Shown: one piece after another, positions 1 through 11,052 of the stretch
Layout of the letters: each line of letters begins with the position of its first letter
How positions within the stretch are numbered: position 1 is the stretch's first letter
Source: Anolis carolinensis
Taxonomy: Eukaryota
Assembly (NCBI RefSeq): GCF_035594765.1
Contig: NW_026943823.1
Span: 7,378,001-7,442,000, forward strand
Length of the DNA: 64,000 nt
Direction of reading: 5' to 3'
Translations under genes and position numbers: made by a program
Notes under the pieces: model-generated
Told to the model about the DNA's origin: nothing
Databases searched by the model: none
Seen by the model: the letters and a program-made list of their open reading frames with translations, nothing else

Positions 1-30
1 AGACATGACAGGCATTTCAGCTTGGCAATA

Positions 31-353
31 CAGTAGAGTCTCACTTATCCAACATAAATGGGCCGGCAGAACGTTGGATAAGTGAATATGTTGGATAATA
101 AGGAGAGATTAAGAAAAAGCCTATTAAACATCAAAATAGGTTATGATTTTACAAATTAAGCACCAAAACATTATGTTATACAACAAATTTGACAGAAAAA
201 GTAGTTCAATACGCAGTAATGTTATGTTTTAATTACTGTATTTACAAATTTAGCACCAAAATATCACGATATATTAAAAACATTGACTACAAAAATGCGT
301 TGGATAATCCAGAATGTTGGATACGCGAGTGTTGGATAAGTGAGACTCTACTG
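31..353 (+). mobile_element. Tc1/mariner-type non-autonomous element (~323 bp MITE)
   Basis: TIRs CAGTAGAGTCTCACTTATCCAAC, TA TSD. Eleven copies in the window. Confidence 0.85.
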
Positions 354-547
354 TATTTTGAGCTCTCCGTCTCTGTGGGAGTTAAGACCCTCTGAATCAG
401 GGATAGTGAGGTTTACATGTTCTCTGGTTGTAATTCCCTAATAGTGGCTGATGGAGTTATAGTCCAGCAACAGGACCACAATGGAATGCTTACAATGACA
501 GAATATAAGCCCTTAATTGAATCTTTAAACGTGTATACTAACAAAAT

Positions 548-603
548 GGAGCCTCCAGTGGTGCAGCAGGTTAAACCGCTGAGCTGCTGAATTTATTTTT
601 ATT

Positions 604-642
<39 letters not shown>

Positions 643-1172
643 TTAAACTTGTATACCGTACTCCCTGTTTGGCTCGGAGCGGTTTACAGAAATATATTAA
701 AACAATACACTTAGCTTTAAAATAACAATAAAAACAATAAAAACAACAATAAAAGCAACAATAAAAACAGACATAGCCCCGAGTTTTTCACCCATTGAAA
801 GCTTGTCGGAAGAGCAAGGTTTTGCAGGCCTTCCGAAAGGCAAGTAGGTCTCGGGTGGTTCGAGTTTCAACGGGCAAGGAATTCCATAATTTACTGACTG
901 AAAGGTCGGCAGTTTGAATCCAGGGAGCGGAGTGAGCTCCAGCTGATAGCCCCAGCTTCTGCCAACCTAGCAGTTCGAAAACATGCAAATGCGAGATCAA
1001 TAGGTACCGCTCCGGTGGGAACATAACGGCACCCCATGCAGTCATGCCAGTGGCCACATAACCTTGGAGGTGTCTATGGACAACACAGGCTCTTCAGCTT
1101 AGCAATGGAGATGAGCACCAACCCCCAGGGTCGGACACGACTGGACTTAATGTCAGGGGAAAACCTTTACCT
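548..1172 (+). mobile_element. Sauria SINE interrupted by an L2-like 3' fragment (596-887, minus)
   Basis: tRNA-like head, ACCTTT tail. Insert encodes LWNSLP...KTLLFRQAF* with a (TAAA)n tail and flanking AATTTA duplication. Confidence 0.8.
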
Positions 1173-1228
1173 ACTAACAAAATGTTTGGGAAGGTTTCCA
1201 ATTCGAAAGAGAATAGGCCGGTGCCTAC

Positions 1229-3579
1229 CTTCACAGAGCTGCCTCCTCCTTTGGGGCCCTGGCTCTTCTTCTCCGCAGCATCGCCGCTCGAGAAGGATCC
1301 CCCTTCGAAGAGAAAAACAGAGGCAACAGTAAGATATGCTTGGGACCAGGGGTCCCCAAACTAAGGCCCGGGGGCCAGATGCGGCCCCTCCAAGGTCATT
1401 GACCTGGCCCCTGTCCTAAACTTGAGGCTTAGGGTTGACCTAAGTCTACCTGGTCTTTGGGGGCCCCTTTCCTTACCTATGGTCTTATGAGATCGTCTAG
1501 ATGGTCTTTGAAGGTCTCTTTGCTTAGCTACAGCCTTATGAGACCATCTAGATGGCTTTTGGAGGTCACTTTCCTTACCTATGGTCCTAGGAGACTGTCT
1601 AGATGGCCTTTGAAGGTTCCTTTTCCTTACCTATGGTTTTATGAGATTGTCTAGATGGCCTTTGGGGATCCCTTTCCTTACCTATGGTCTTATGAGACCA
1701 TCTAGATGGTCTTTGGAGGTCTCTTTGCTTACCTATGGTCTTATGAGACCATCTAGATCAGGGGTCCCCAAACTAAGTCCCTCCAAGGTCATTGACCTGG
1801 CCTCTGTCCTAAACTTTAGACTTAGGGTTGACCTAAGTCTGAAATAACTTGAAGGGACACAACAACAACAATCCTAATTTTGGACTATGTCATCAGCGTG
1901 CTTGAGGAAGCAAAGACCACCAGCATTGAAGCGATGCTCCTACGCCATCAACTCCGCTGGACTAAAGGCCACGTTGTCCAAATGCCCAAAGATCACCGTC
2001 TCCCAAAGCAGCTACTCTACTCCGAACTCAAGAACAGGAAATGTAATGTTGGTGGGCAGGAAAAGAGATTTAAAGATGGGCTTAAAGCCAACCTTAAAAA
2101 CTGTGGCATAGACACTGACAACTGGGAAGCCCTGGCCCTTGAGCGCTCTAATTGGAGGTCAGCTGTGACCAGCAGTGCTGCGGAGTTCGAAGAGGCATGA
2201 ATAGAGGGCTTAAGGGAGAAACGTGCCAAGAGGAAGGAGCGTCAAGCCAACCCTGACCGAGACCGCCTTCTGTCTGGAAACCGATGTCCTTACTGCGGGA
2301 CAACATGCAGATCAAGAATAGGTCTCTTCAGCCACCTAAGAACCCACCCTCAGGATCCCACAACTGGAAGACCATCATCCTCGAACTACGAGGGATCGCC
2401 TAAAGCAGGGGTCCCCAAACTAAGGCCCGGGGGCCGGATGCGGCCCTCCGAGGTCATTTACCTGGCCCCCACCCTCAGTTTTATAATATAATATATTGTA
2501 TATACATATAATATTGATAATATTATAATGTAATACAATATAACACTAATAATAATACCATATAATAATATTAATTATATATTATATATTACATATAATA
2601 TTACTAATAAAATTACAGTATAGTACTATAGTTCAATAAAGTAATATATAGCTAATATTGTGCTATGCTAATAATATAATATATTGTACATATAATTTGT
2701 AAGCCACTCTGAATCCCCTTTGGGGTGAGAAGGGTGTGATACAAATGTAATGCAGTAAATAAATGCAGTAAATAAATAAATAATAAATAAATACATTTTA
2801 GACTTAGGCTCGCCCAAAGTCTGAAATGATTTGAAGGCACACAACAACGGCAACAACAACAACCACCCTAATTAACTTGACTATCTCATTGGCCAGAAGC
2901 AGGACCACACTTCCCATTGAAATCCTGATAAATGTATGTTGGTTAAAATTATTTTTATTTTTAAATATTGTATTGTTCTTTCATTGTTCTTGTTCATGGA
3001 GCCCCCAGATGGCGTAGTGGACTAAGTGACTTGAAGGTTGGGTTGCTGACCTGAAAGCTGCCAGGTTCGAATCCCACCTGGGGAGAGTGCGGATGAGCTC
3101 CCTCTATCAGCTCCAGCTCCATGCGGGGACATGAGAGAAGCCTCCCACAAGGATGGTCAAAACATCAAAACATCCGGGCAATGTCCCCTGGGCAACGTCC
3201 TTGCAGACGGCCAATTCTCTCACTCCAGAAGCAACTCAAGTTGCTCCTGACACGAAAAAAAAAATTGTTCTTGTTGTTGTTGTTGTTGTTTTTGCACTAT
3301 AAATAAGACATATGCAGTGTGCATCAGAATTTGTTTGCATTTTTTTTTTCAAATGATAATCCGGCCCCTCAACAGTCTGAAGGATTGTGGACCGGCCCTC
3401 GGCTTAAAAAGTTTGAGGACCCCTGGCCTAAAGTAAGTAAACATTCCTAGGTATCCAAACCACTTTCTTCCATACTGGTTTGGACCTGGACAGTGTAGAT
3501 TGGGGCCTAGCTCCAGAATACTCTAAACCGCCTCACCTTTGCCCCCTTTGCCGCCACCGCCTTTCCCTTTGGGAGGCAT
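1229..3579 (-). CDS. PIN4: Peptidyl-prolyl isomerase parvulin-14, coding exons 1-2 (rest of gene lies left of the window)
   Basis: Exon 1 3579-3537 encodes MPPKGKGGGGKGGK(G), donor GTGAGG. Exon 2 1302-1229 encodes GGSFSSGDAAEKKSQGPKGGGSSVK, acceptor tttttctcttcgaag, donor GTAGGC. Phases join (1 then 0) and match the human PIN4 N-terminus MPPKGKSGSGKAGKGG...KKAQGPKGGGNAVK. Confidence 0.9.
1347..1879 (+). mobile_element. Two hAT (OC1/Charlie-like) 5' fragments flanking a minisatellite
   Basis: CAGGGGTCCCCAAACT termini at 1347 and 1759. Confidence 0.65.
1451..1758 (+). repeat. ~51-bp minisatellite, 6 units
   Basis: Unit approx ATGGTCTTTGGAGGTCTCTTTCCTTACCTATGGTCTTATGAGACCATCTAG. Confidence 0.85.
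1880..2405 (+). mobile_element. RTE-clade LINE 3' end (tail resumes at 3426-3440)
   Basis: SIEAMLLRHQLRW.GHVV.M...RLPKQLLYSEL...RFKD.LK C-terminal RTE signature, GGGATCGCCTAAAGTAAGTAA tail split by a hAT insertion. Confidence 0.8.
2406..3425 (+). mobile_element. Complete non-autonomous hAT (OC1/Charlie-like)
   Basis: TIRs CAGGGGTCC(C/T)CAAACT, perfect 8-bp TSD GCCTAAAG (2398-2405, 3426-3433). Confidence 0.88.
2995..3263 (+). mobile_element. tRNA-derived SINE with Vingi-like tail, nested in the hAT
   Basis: A/B boxes (TGGCGTAGTGG, GGTTCGAATCC), CCTGACACG-poly(A) end, 12-bp TSD ATTGTTCTTGTT. Confidence 0.75.
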
Positions 3580-3700
3580 CTCCACGCCTCTAAGCCCCGG
3601 AAGGAAGCTCAGCACCAAGAGGCGACTGCTTTTGACGTCACCAAGGCCTAAAGCGGATCCCGCTCCTGCGCACTAGATGGCAGCATGGCGCATCATAGAA
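3580..3700 (-). promoter_or_regulatory. PIN4 CpG-rich promoter
   Basis: CpG-rich patch directly upstream of the ATG: ETS CCGGAAG at ~3597, CRE TGACGTCA 3633-3640, CTCF-like GCACTAGATGGCAGC at ~3670-3684. Confidence 0.6.
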
Positions 3701-3932
3701 ATCAAGACTACATACAGGCAGCAACAGCCGATAGGAATTGTGGGAGTTGTAGTCCAAAACACCTGGAGGAAGGCCGAAGTTTACCCATGCCTGCATTAGA
3801 TGGACCCTTGATATGATCTTCTTGGGGTGAGAGGCAAAAATTGGATAGTCATCTATCAGGAGTGCTTTAATTGTGCTTCTCCTGCACAGCAGAAGGGGGT
3901 TGGTAACAATTTGATGCCATAAAAACAACATA

Positions 3933-4459
3933 CAGTAGAGTCTCACTTATCCAACACTCGCTTATCCAACGTTCTGGATTATCCAACGCATTTTTGTAGT
4001 CAATGTTTTCAATACATCATTATATTTTGGTGCTAAATTTGTAAATACAGTAATTACTACATAGCATTATTGTGTATTGAACTACTTTTTCTGTCAAATT
4101 TCATCATCATCATCATCATCATCATTTAATTACTTATTAATCGTCCTCCATCCACGATGCTCTAGGCGATTTACAAGATAAAAAAGGATAAAAATACATA
4201 CATACAAATATTGATTAAAAATATTAAAATAGATTAAAAGCTCTAGTAAAGAGCCATGTCTTGAGTGCTAGGGTAAAAGGCCCCAACTCACGCATGGCTC
4301 TCAAATTTGTTGTATAACATGTTTTGGTGCTTAATTTGTAAAATCATAACCTAATTTAATGTTTAATAGGATTTTCCTTAATCTCTCCTTATTATCCAAC
4401 ATATTCGATTATCCAACGTTCTGCCGGCCCGTTTATGTTGGATAAGCAAGACTCTACTG
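3933..4459 (-). mobile_element. Tc1/mariner MITE with nested L2-like 3' end (4102-4300)
   Basis: Same TIRs and TA TSD. Insert has an (ATG)n tail and 8-bp TSD TCAAATTT. Confidence 0.85.
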
Positions 4460-4511
4460 TACTGAGAGGGACATGGGTTTAAAAAGAGAATTTTCAAAGA
4501 TACTTGTGATG

Positions 4512-4760
4512 GTTGTTGTATGTCTTTCGGGCTGTGTGGCCATGTTCCAGAAGTATTCTCTCCTGACGTTTCGCCCACATCTATGGCAGGCATCCTCAGA
4601 GGTTGTGAGGTATGGAAAAACCAGTTTCTCACAAGCTCTGAGGATGCCTGCCATAGATGTGGGCGAAATGTCAGGAGAGAATACTTCTGGAACATGGCCA
4701 CACAGCCCGAAAGACATACAACAACCCTGTGATCCCAGCCATGAAAGCCTTCAACAACAC
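4512..4760. mobile_element. Penelope-like element remnant (inverted pseudo-LTRs)
   Basis: Inverted repeat ~4512-4605 / 4632-4727, 12-bp TSD ATACTTGTGATG, hammerhead motifs in both arms. Confidence 0.75.
4558..4602 (-). ncRNA. Minimal type I hammerhead ribozyme motif (Penelope pLTR)
   Basis: CCU-CUGAGGA-U-GCCUGC(cauagau)GUGGGC-GAAA-CG-UC^AGG: intact core, stem II, palindromic ACGU stem III, CCU/AGG stem I. Confidence 0.7.
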
Positions 4761-4895
4761 ATACTTGTGATGACTACATGTCCCATATGTTTTGATTGAC
4801 CTAAGTTGCAAAAGGCCTATGTTTGAGGAAGGCCTGCGCTTGAGAGAAAAATGCTGATGTTTGGGGAAAAGAGTTATTCCAGAGAAAAGAAGATA

Positions 4896-5205
4896 CAGTA
4901 AAGTCTCGCTTATCCAACGTAAACGGAATATTGGATAAGCGAATATGTTGGATAATAAGGAGAGATTAAGGAAAAGCCTATTAAACATTAAATTATGATT
5001 TTACAAATTAAGCACCAAAACATCATGTTATACAACAAATTTGACAGAAAAAGTAGTTCAATACACAGTAATGCTATGTAGTTATTACTGCATTTACGAA
5101 TTTAGCACCAAAATATCATGATATATTGAAAACATTGACTACAAAAATGAGTTGGATAATCCAGAACGTTGGATAAGCGGGTGTTGGATAAGCAAGACTC
5201 TACTG
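4896..5205 (+). mobile_element. Tc1/mariner MITE
   Basis: Same family TIRs, TA TSD. Confidence 0.85.
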
Positions 5206-5212
5206 TAATAAG

Positions 5213-5920
5213 TTTTTCCATAAACTGTGGTCAACACTTTAAATAGATTCAGCATTGTCCCATACAAGTTCAAACTGAGATAAAAAGTTGTAGGAGTGCG
5301 TGATCAGGAAAACGAAAACAACAAAGGTTCCCGGGTGTTTATAATCCTTGTAACAGCATATCTTCACTTCTTCACTTTATTTCTTAATTAGTCGCTCTCC
5401 ACCAGAGTGCTCCGAGCGACTTACAATTTAAAATATCATTCCACAATTTAAAAACATTCAACATAAAAACATTCAACAGTGACTATTTGGCAAATTTGAT
5501 CTGATTTACTTAAATGCACAACCAAACTGCCAAGTCTTGAGCGCTTTTCCAAAAGGTCGCAACTCCGACATTGCTCTAACATATGGAGGCAATGAGTTCC
5601 ACAGAATTGGAGCATCGGTCGAAAAGGCTCTACGCTTTGTGGCTTCCAGGTGTACCTCCCTATTTATTATCTATTATGTTGTCTCTTTAAAATTTAGTTT
5701 ATAAAGCTTCGGGAGATACTATTTCAAACATATGAAGAAATCTTTGAAAGAAACCTGAAGAAGGGATATTTCTCCTGAAACTAGGATTATAAACATCCGG
5801 GAACCCTTGTTGTTTTCGTTTTCCTGATCACAAACTCCTCTAAGACTTTTTATCTCAGTTTGAACTTGTATGGGACAATACTGAATCTATTTAAAGTGTT
5901 GACCACAGTTTATGGAAAAA
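5213..5920. mobile_element. Foldback DNA transposon (long inverted repeats) with a nested L2-like 3' end at ~5365-5660
   Basis: ~135-bp inverted arms 5213-5348 / 5783-5920. Internal minus-strand RAFS.DAPILWNSLP...ALKTW coding remnant. Confidence 0.65.
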
Positions 5921-5944
5921 TGTATTAGTTATTTTGGAAAACAT

Positions 5945-6320
5945 TCAAGCATGAACATCATGTTTGGTGATGAGCAATCTGGCTGCCGCCCGTTGGACCA
6001 CTTGAAGCTTCCAAACAGTCCTCAAAGACAACCCCATGTAGAACATGTTGCAGTAGTCTATTTGGGATGTAACAAGTGTGAACCACTGAGGCCAAGTCTG
6101 ACTTTGCAAGGTACAGGCACAACTGGCGCACAAGTTTAAATGTGCAAAATCTCCCCTGGACACCGCCGAGACCTGAGTCAGGAGAACTCCCAAGCTGGAA
6201 CCTGTGTCTTTATCCCCATCCAGCTCAGGCTGTAACTCTATACCCTGTTCGGCCTTGCAACTGACCAGGAGTACCTCTGTCTTGTTTGGATTTAACTTCA
6301 CTTTGTTTGCCCTCATCCAG
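5945..6320 (-). mobile_element. Degenerate L2 LINE ORF2 fragment
   Basis: WMRANKVKLNPNKTEVL, VTSQIDYCN and LQVVQRAAARLL motifs. Confidence 0.75.
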
Positions 6321-7301
6321 ACCGCCCCTGTGGTGTCTTCCAACTCTGGTTTCCATGACTGTATGGAAGTGAGAGGATTGTACTAGCCCTCTTCCAGTAT
6401 TGCAACCCAAATGCATTTTGAAAGAAGTGTAAAATATCAGAGCATATGACCATGAAACTCCAATATCCCACCCAGTTTTTTGCCCTTAGAATCACCTACC
6501 AAGGTATTAACTCTCCAGTTCCAGTGGAAAGATCGCCTTTAATAATAAATACCAATGTGGTGACAAAGAAAAGCTTGAGGAAAACACTGAGTTCTGCTCC
6601 AACAATCACTGCCTGGATCCCTTGTAATGTCAGCAAAACCAGGCTCTTTACCAGTGGAGAACAGATTGCAACTCTGTTTGTTTCTGCTCAAGTTTGACGT
6701 CTATGAAACAACACAATCACTCTGTGCGAATGTCACATACATTTATATTTTCTCCGTTCTGACATGAAAAAGTAATGACCCCTGCTAGTGTTTGTAAGCT
6801 CACTCACAAACCATTTTACCTTGAAACATTTAGCCTAATTCTTTATTATCAAGTGATGCCAGACGGGAAAAAAAAATCACCTTTCTTGTGTGGTTACTCA
6901 ATCTTTTACTTTATCACCGCTCTCAAGGATAAAAATGTCCTGAGCGTTGATGAGAGCTTGAGAAAACCATATACAAATAACTTATGCAAGTGTGAGTTTC
7001 TTTTAGTCAACTGCATTTGTAAAAAGTATCAAAGATCCAAATAGAGTTTGGATTGACCCTAGAACGTGCCAAGTCTGTCCTTTGCAAAAGGGCTGTGTTT
7101 GCTCCAAAACAATCCAGAGAAGAAAACAAAGTATAACTGGAATATTAATACAGCCCTTAAGAATTGGCCCCGAAATTTCATCGTGACGCTGTTCAAGGAC
7201 TGCGAGCCGAGCCAATCTGCGTAGATGGCAGCCTTTTTCTCTCTGCAGCCCACACACTCTGGATAACTGCTTGCATTGGAAGCTGTGCGATAGCTTCAAG
7301 C

Positions 7302-10300
7302 TCACGTTGTTGCTTTGAGTCCCTCAAAGCCACAGAACTTCCACCTTTTTTCCAGACTTGCTCCCACCCCACTCATTTCCTGCTTGAAAGTGTGCTGGAG
7401 CCGTGTCAGGAGGGCTTCCACTTCGCTGGCACAAATCTACAAGAGAGAAGAAGCCAAAAAGTACCACTCCAAACAAACATATAGGACATCAAGACTCAAA
7501 TCTTAGGCAAAGATTCTTTTATAGGCCACAGTTTGGGATGCATTTAAATGTATGACATTAGACTACACGCTCCACCCAGCACCTACCTTACTGTCAAGGC
7601 GCTGAAGGTAGGAACAGATGTATTCAATATTTGCTCCGAAAGGGTGGACATGCAGGAAGGTTGAAATTATCCCTAGAGAAAAAAGTTAAAAGCCAATCTT
7701 GTAAATTATCACTCCGGTGTAAATTATTACAGTAGTTTCTCACTTATCCAACATAAACGGGCCCGGCAGAATGTTGGATAAGCAAATATGTTGGATAACA
7801 AGGAGAGATTAAGAATAAGCCTATTAAACATCAAATTAGATTATGATTTTACAAATTAAGCACCAAAACATCATGTTATACAACAAATTTTACAGAAAAG
7901 GTAGTTCAATAGGCAGTAATGCTACATAGTAATTACTGTGTTTACGAATTTAGCACCAAAATATCACGACGTATTGAAAACATTGACTACAAAAAGGCGT
8001 TGGATAATCCAGAACGTTGGATAAATGAATGTTGGATAAGTGAGACTCTACTGTATATTGGGGGCTGGTATATGAGAAACAGAGAACTTAATGTCAATGC
8101 TAACTTCATTTTAAAAAGGGATACCAATCCTTCAGTAGCCAGCTTGGCTTTTATTCTGGGTCCAGAGAAGAGGTGGAATGCTCCATTCTTTCTATAGCAG
8201 TCTTTAGAGTTTGTGTGTGTAATTTCGAGTCGCAGCTAGGCTTCCAAGCCAATGGTTAAAGACAAGGTGGCTTAAGATGAAGCATTAACTTAGGTAAAGG
8301 TAAAGGTTTCCCCCGATGTTAAGTCCATTCGTGTCCAACTCTGGGGATTGGTGCTCATCTCCATTTCTAAGCCGAAGAACTGGTGTTGTCCGTAGACATC
8401 TCCAGGTCATGTGGCCGGCATGACTGCATGGAACACCTTCCCGCCGGAGCGGTACCTATTGATCTACTCACATTTGCATGTTTTCGAACTGCTAGGTTGG
8501 CAGGAGCTGGGTCTAACAGCGGGTGCTCATTCCGCTCCCTGGATTTGAACCTGGGACCTTTTGGTCCGCAAGCTCAGCAGCTCAGTGCTTTAACACACTG
8601 TGCCACCAGCATTAACTTAGACTGTGCCTATTCCAACAGGTATTAGGATGTATTTTTAACGTCTCAAAGGTAAAGGAGGGTTGTAACGCAGCAGCAGAGT
8701 CTTATGCTTTGATCAAAGAAGTCTCGGACTCAGTTCCAGGCTTGACTTCACAGAATCTATATTGTGACCCAGTATTCCTTACCCACTAGTAAGGCTTCCC
8801 GCTCTGATTTGATGGGGCTGCTGCCGAGTCCTCTTTCGAGCACGCTGTCTTTCTCTTGGCTCACTGAGCAGATTGGTGACAGGTTGTTTGGCTGAAGGCA
8901 ATGACGGATAATTACTTTCTGACACATAGCACGTAACCTAGCAATAAGTCAATTCATGCATCATTTACATCCCGTATGGTGTGTTAGGAACTATGGACCA
9001 CAAAGGCAAAAAACTTCCATTTTAATTGCAAAAGCAGACACTGGCACAACACAGGTTTTCTGTATGATAATTTCCTCGCTAAAAGCTCAAACTTAAAATT
9101 TCTGTCAAAGAAAGGGAGATAAATAACTGCCCACAGTGACTGAAATAATCTATAAACCAAGTACATTGAAACCAATATTCTCTAAAATTGCCATTCAAGG
9201 GAATTCAGAGAGAAACTGATAGACTCACATGGTCCTGATGCTCAGCAGAATCTTCCCCCCACTCTAGAGAAGACGCTGCCTCTTTCTATATTCAGTTGGG
9301 GAAAGAAACAGTTATACTATTTATTAGTGTATAGGGCCAGGCCAATACAATGTGTAAAGCAGAGCATCAGATGTGTCCATGCCTAGATCAATCAAGCCAA
9401 AAAAAATCCCCCAAACACAACTTTTATTGAAGTTTATTTATTTATTATTCAAACTTATATGCCGCCACTCCCCTAGGGCTCGAAGCGGCTTCCAAAGACA
9501 GACTAAAATCTGAAACAATTTAAAAACAGCAATAACAGAAAACAAAAGCCTGCCGAAACAGGTGTTGTTCCTTCAGAAAATGAATCAAATCAAAAGAAAT
9601 AAGTAAAATTTGCTACCCACAATATATGTTGCTACCTGGCAGGACTATTCTTATTATTTGACCCCTTTTGTCAAATTTTAGCTTGTTTGATAACCCTTCA
9701 GTATCCCACAAATGGACTTTTGGCCAAGTCAACTTTGGTGCTCAATAGAGTGACAGATATCTCTTCTCTGTTCAGGACAGAGGCAGGAATGAGTTCAGAT
9801 AAACCAAGACTCTCTTAAATCATAACAGACTGCATATGCCAGAAAAATGCCTCCTTAAACTTTCCTTGACTATGGAAGAAGGAAGCTTGCAAGGGCATCA
9901 CCTAGGAACAAGTCCTACCTTTTCTTTGAGGTTTTCAAGCAATTTGTCTAGCTGCGTTTTTTCCTCCTTCACTTTCTCCAGTTCTGCCTCTCTTCGCTCA
10001 CATTCATCCTGCAGTTTCAGAAGATGCTACAAATGAGAACAATAGAGAGTGTTTGACCTGGTCCACCCAATCCCAAACAACGCAACGTAAGAGACTGTGC
10101 AGTCCTACCTGTTGCATGCCTTGCATTGCCTGCTGAAGAATTACCAACTGCTGGTCTTTGCTTGTGTCTTCTTCGCGGCCCATTTTACTCTGCTCTTGCT
10201 TTAAAAGCTCCACCTCATTCCGGTAGGCATCCAGCTGACACCGCAGGCTGTCGTTCTCTTCCTTCAGAGCTTCTGTTTGCACGACTAATGCTAGAAGCGG

Positions 10301-10632
10301 AACCAGGAGGGAAGAGAAGGAAAGCAAAACAAATGGTGGCTTTACAACAAATTTACAACCTTCAGTGTCCCCTCATTTGTACGCTAATTCCTTTTCTAGA
10401 ATGCATTCTTCTAAATCTATGTTCAGCTCTTCCTTGGGTATAATGTGATTCTACATGTGCCTGATGTTCTATTTATTTGCTAATGCCATGCCTATGAACA
10501 GCATGCAAAAGGGTAGTTCTGTCAAAGGATGCCATGAGTAGGCCAATCTTGTTTGTTTACAAATAAAGTACTTTTTGAAAGATACTAAGATTTTTTTGAA
10601 GCAAAAGGTTGCAAAGCATAGCTGAAAAACCT

Positions 10633-10669
<37 letters not shown>

Positions 10670-11003
10670 CACACAGTAGAGTCTCACTTATCCAACACTC
10701 GCTTATCCAACGTTCTGGATTATCCAACACATTTTTGTAGTCAATGTTTTCAATACATCGTGATATTTTGGTGCTAAATTCGTAAATACAGTAATTACTT
10801 CATAGCATTTCTGCGTATTGAACTACTTTTTCTGTCAAATTTGTTGTATAACATGATGTTTTGGTGCTTAATTTGTAAAATCATAACCTAGTCTGATGTT
10901 TAATAGGCTTTTCCTTAATCCCTCCTTATTATCCAACATATTCACTTATCCAACGTTCTGCCAGCCTGTTTATGTTGGATAAGTGAGAGTCCACTGTGTA
11001 TAT

Positions 11004-11052
<49 letters not shown>

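Noticed and set aside
2998-3080. tRNA-like A/B boxes as a tRNA gene
   Set aside because: Head of a SINE with tail and TSD; no complete cloverleaf.
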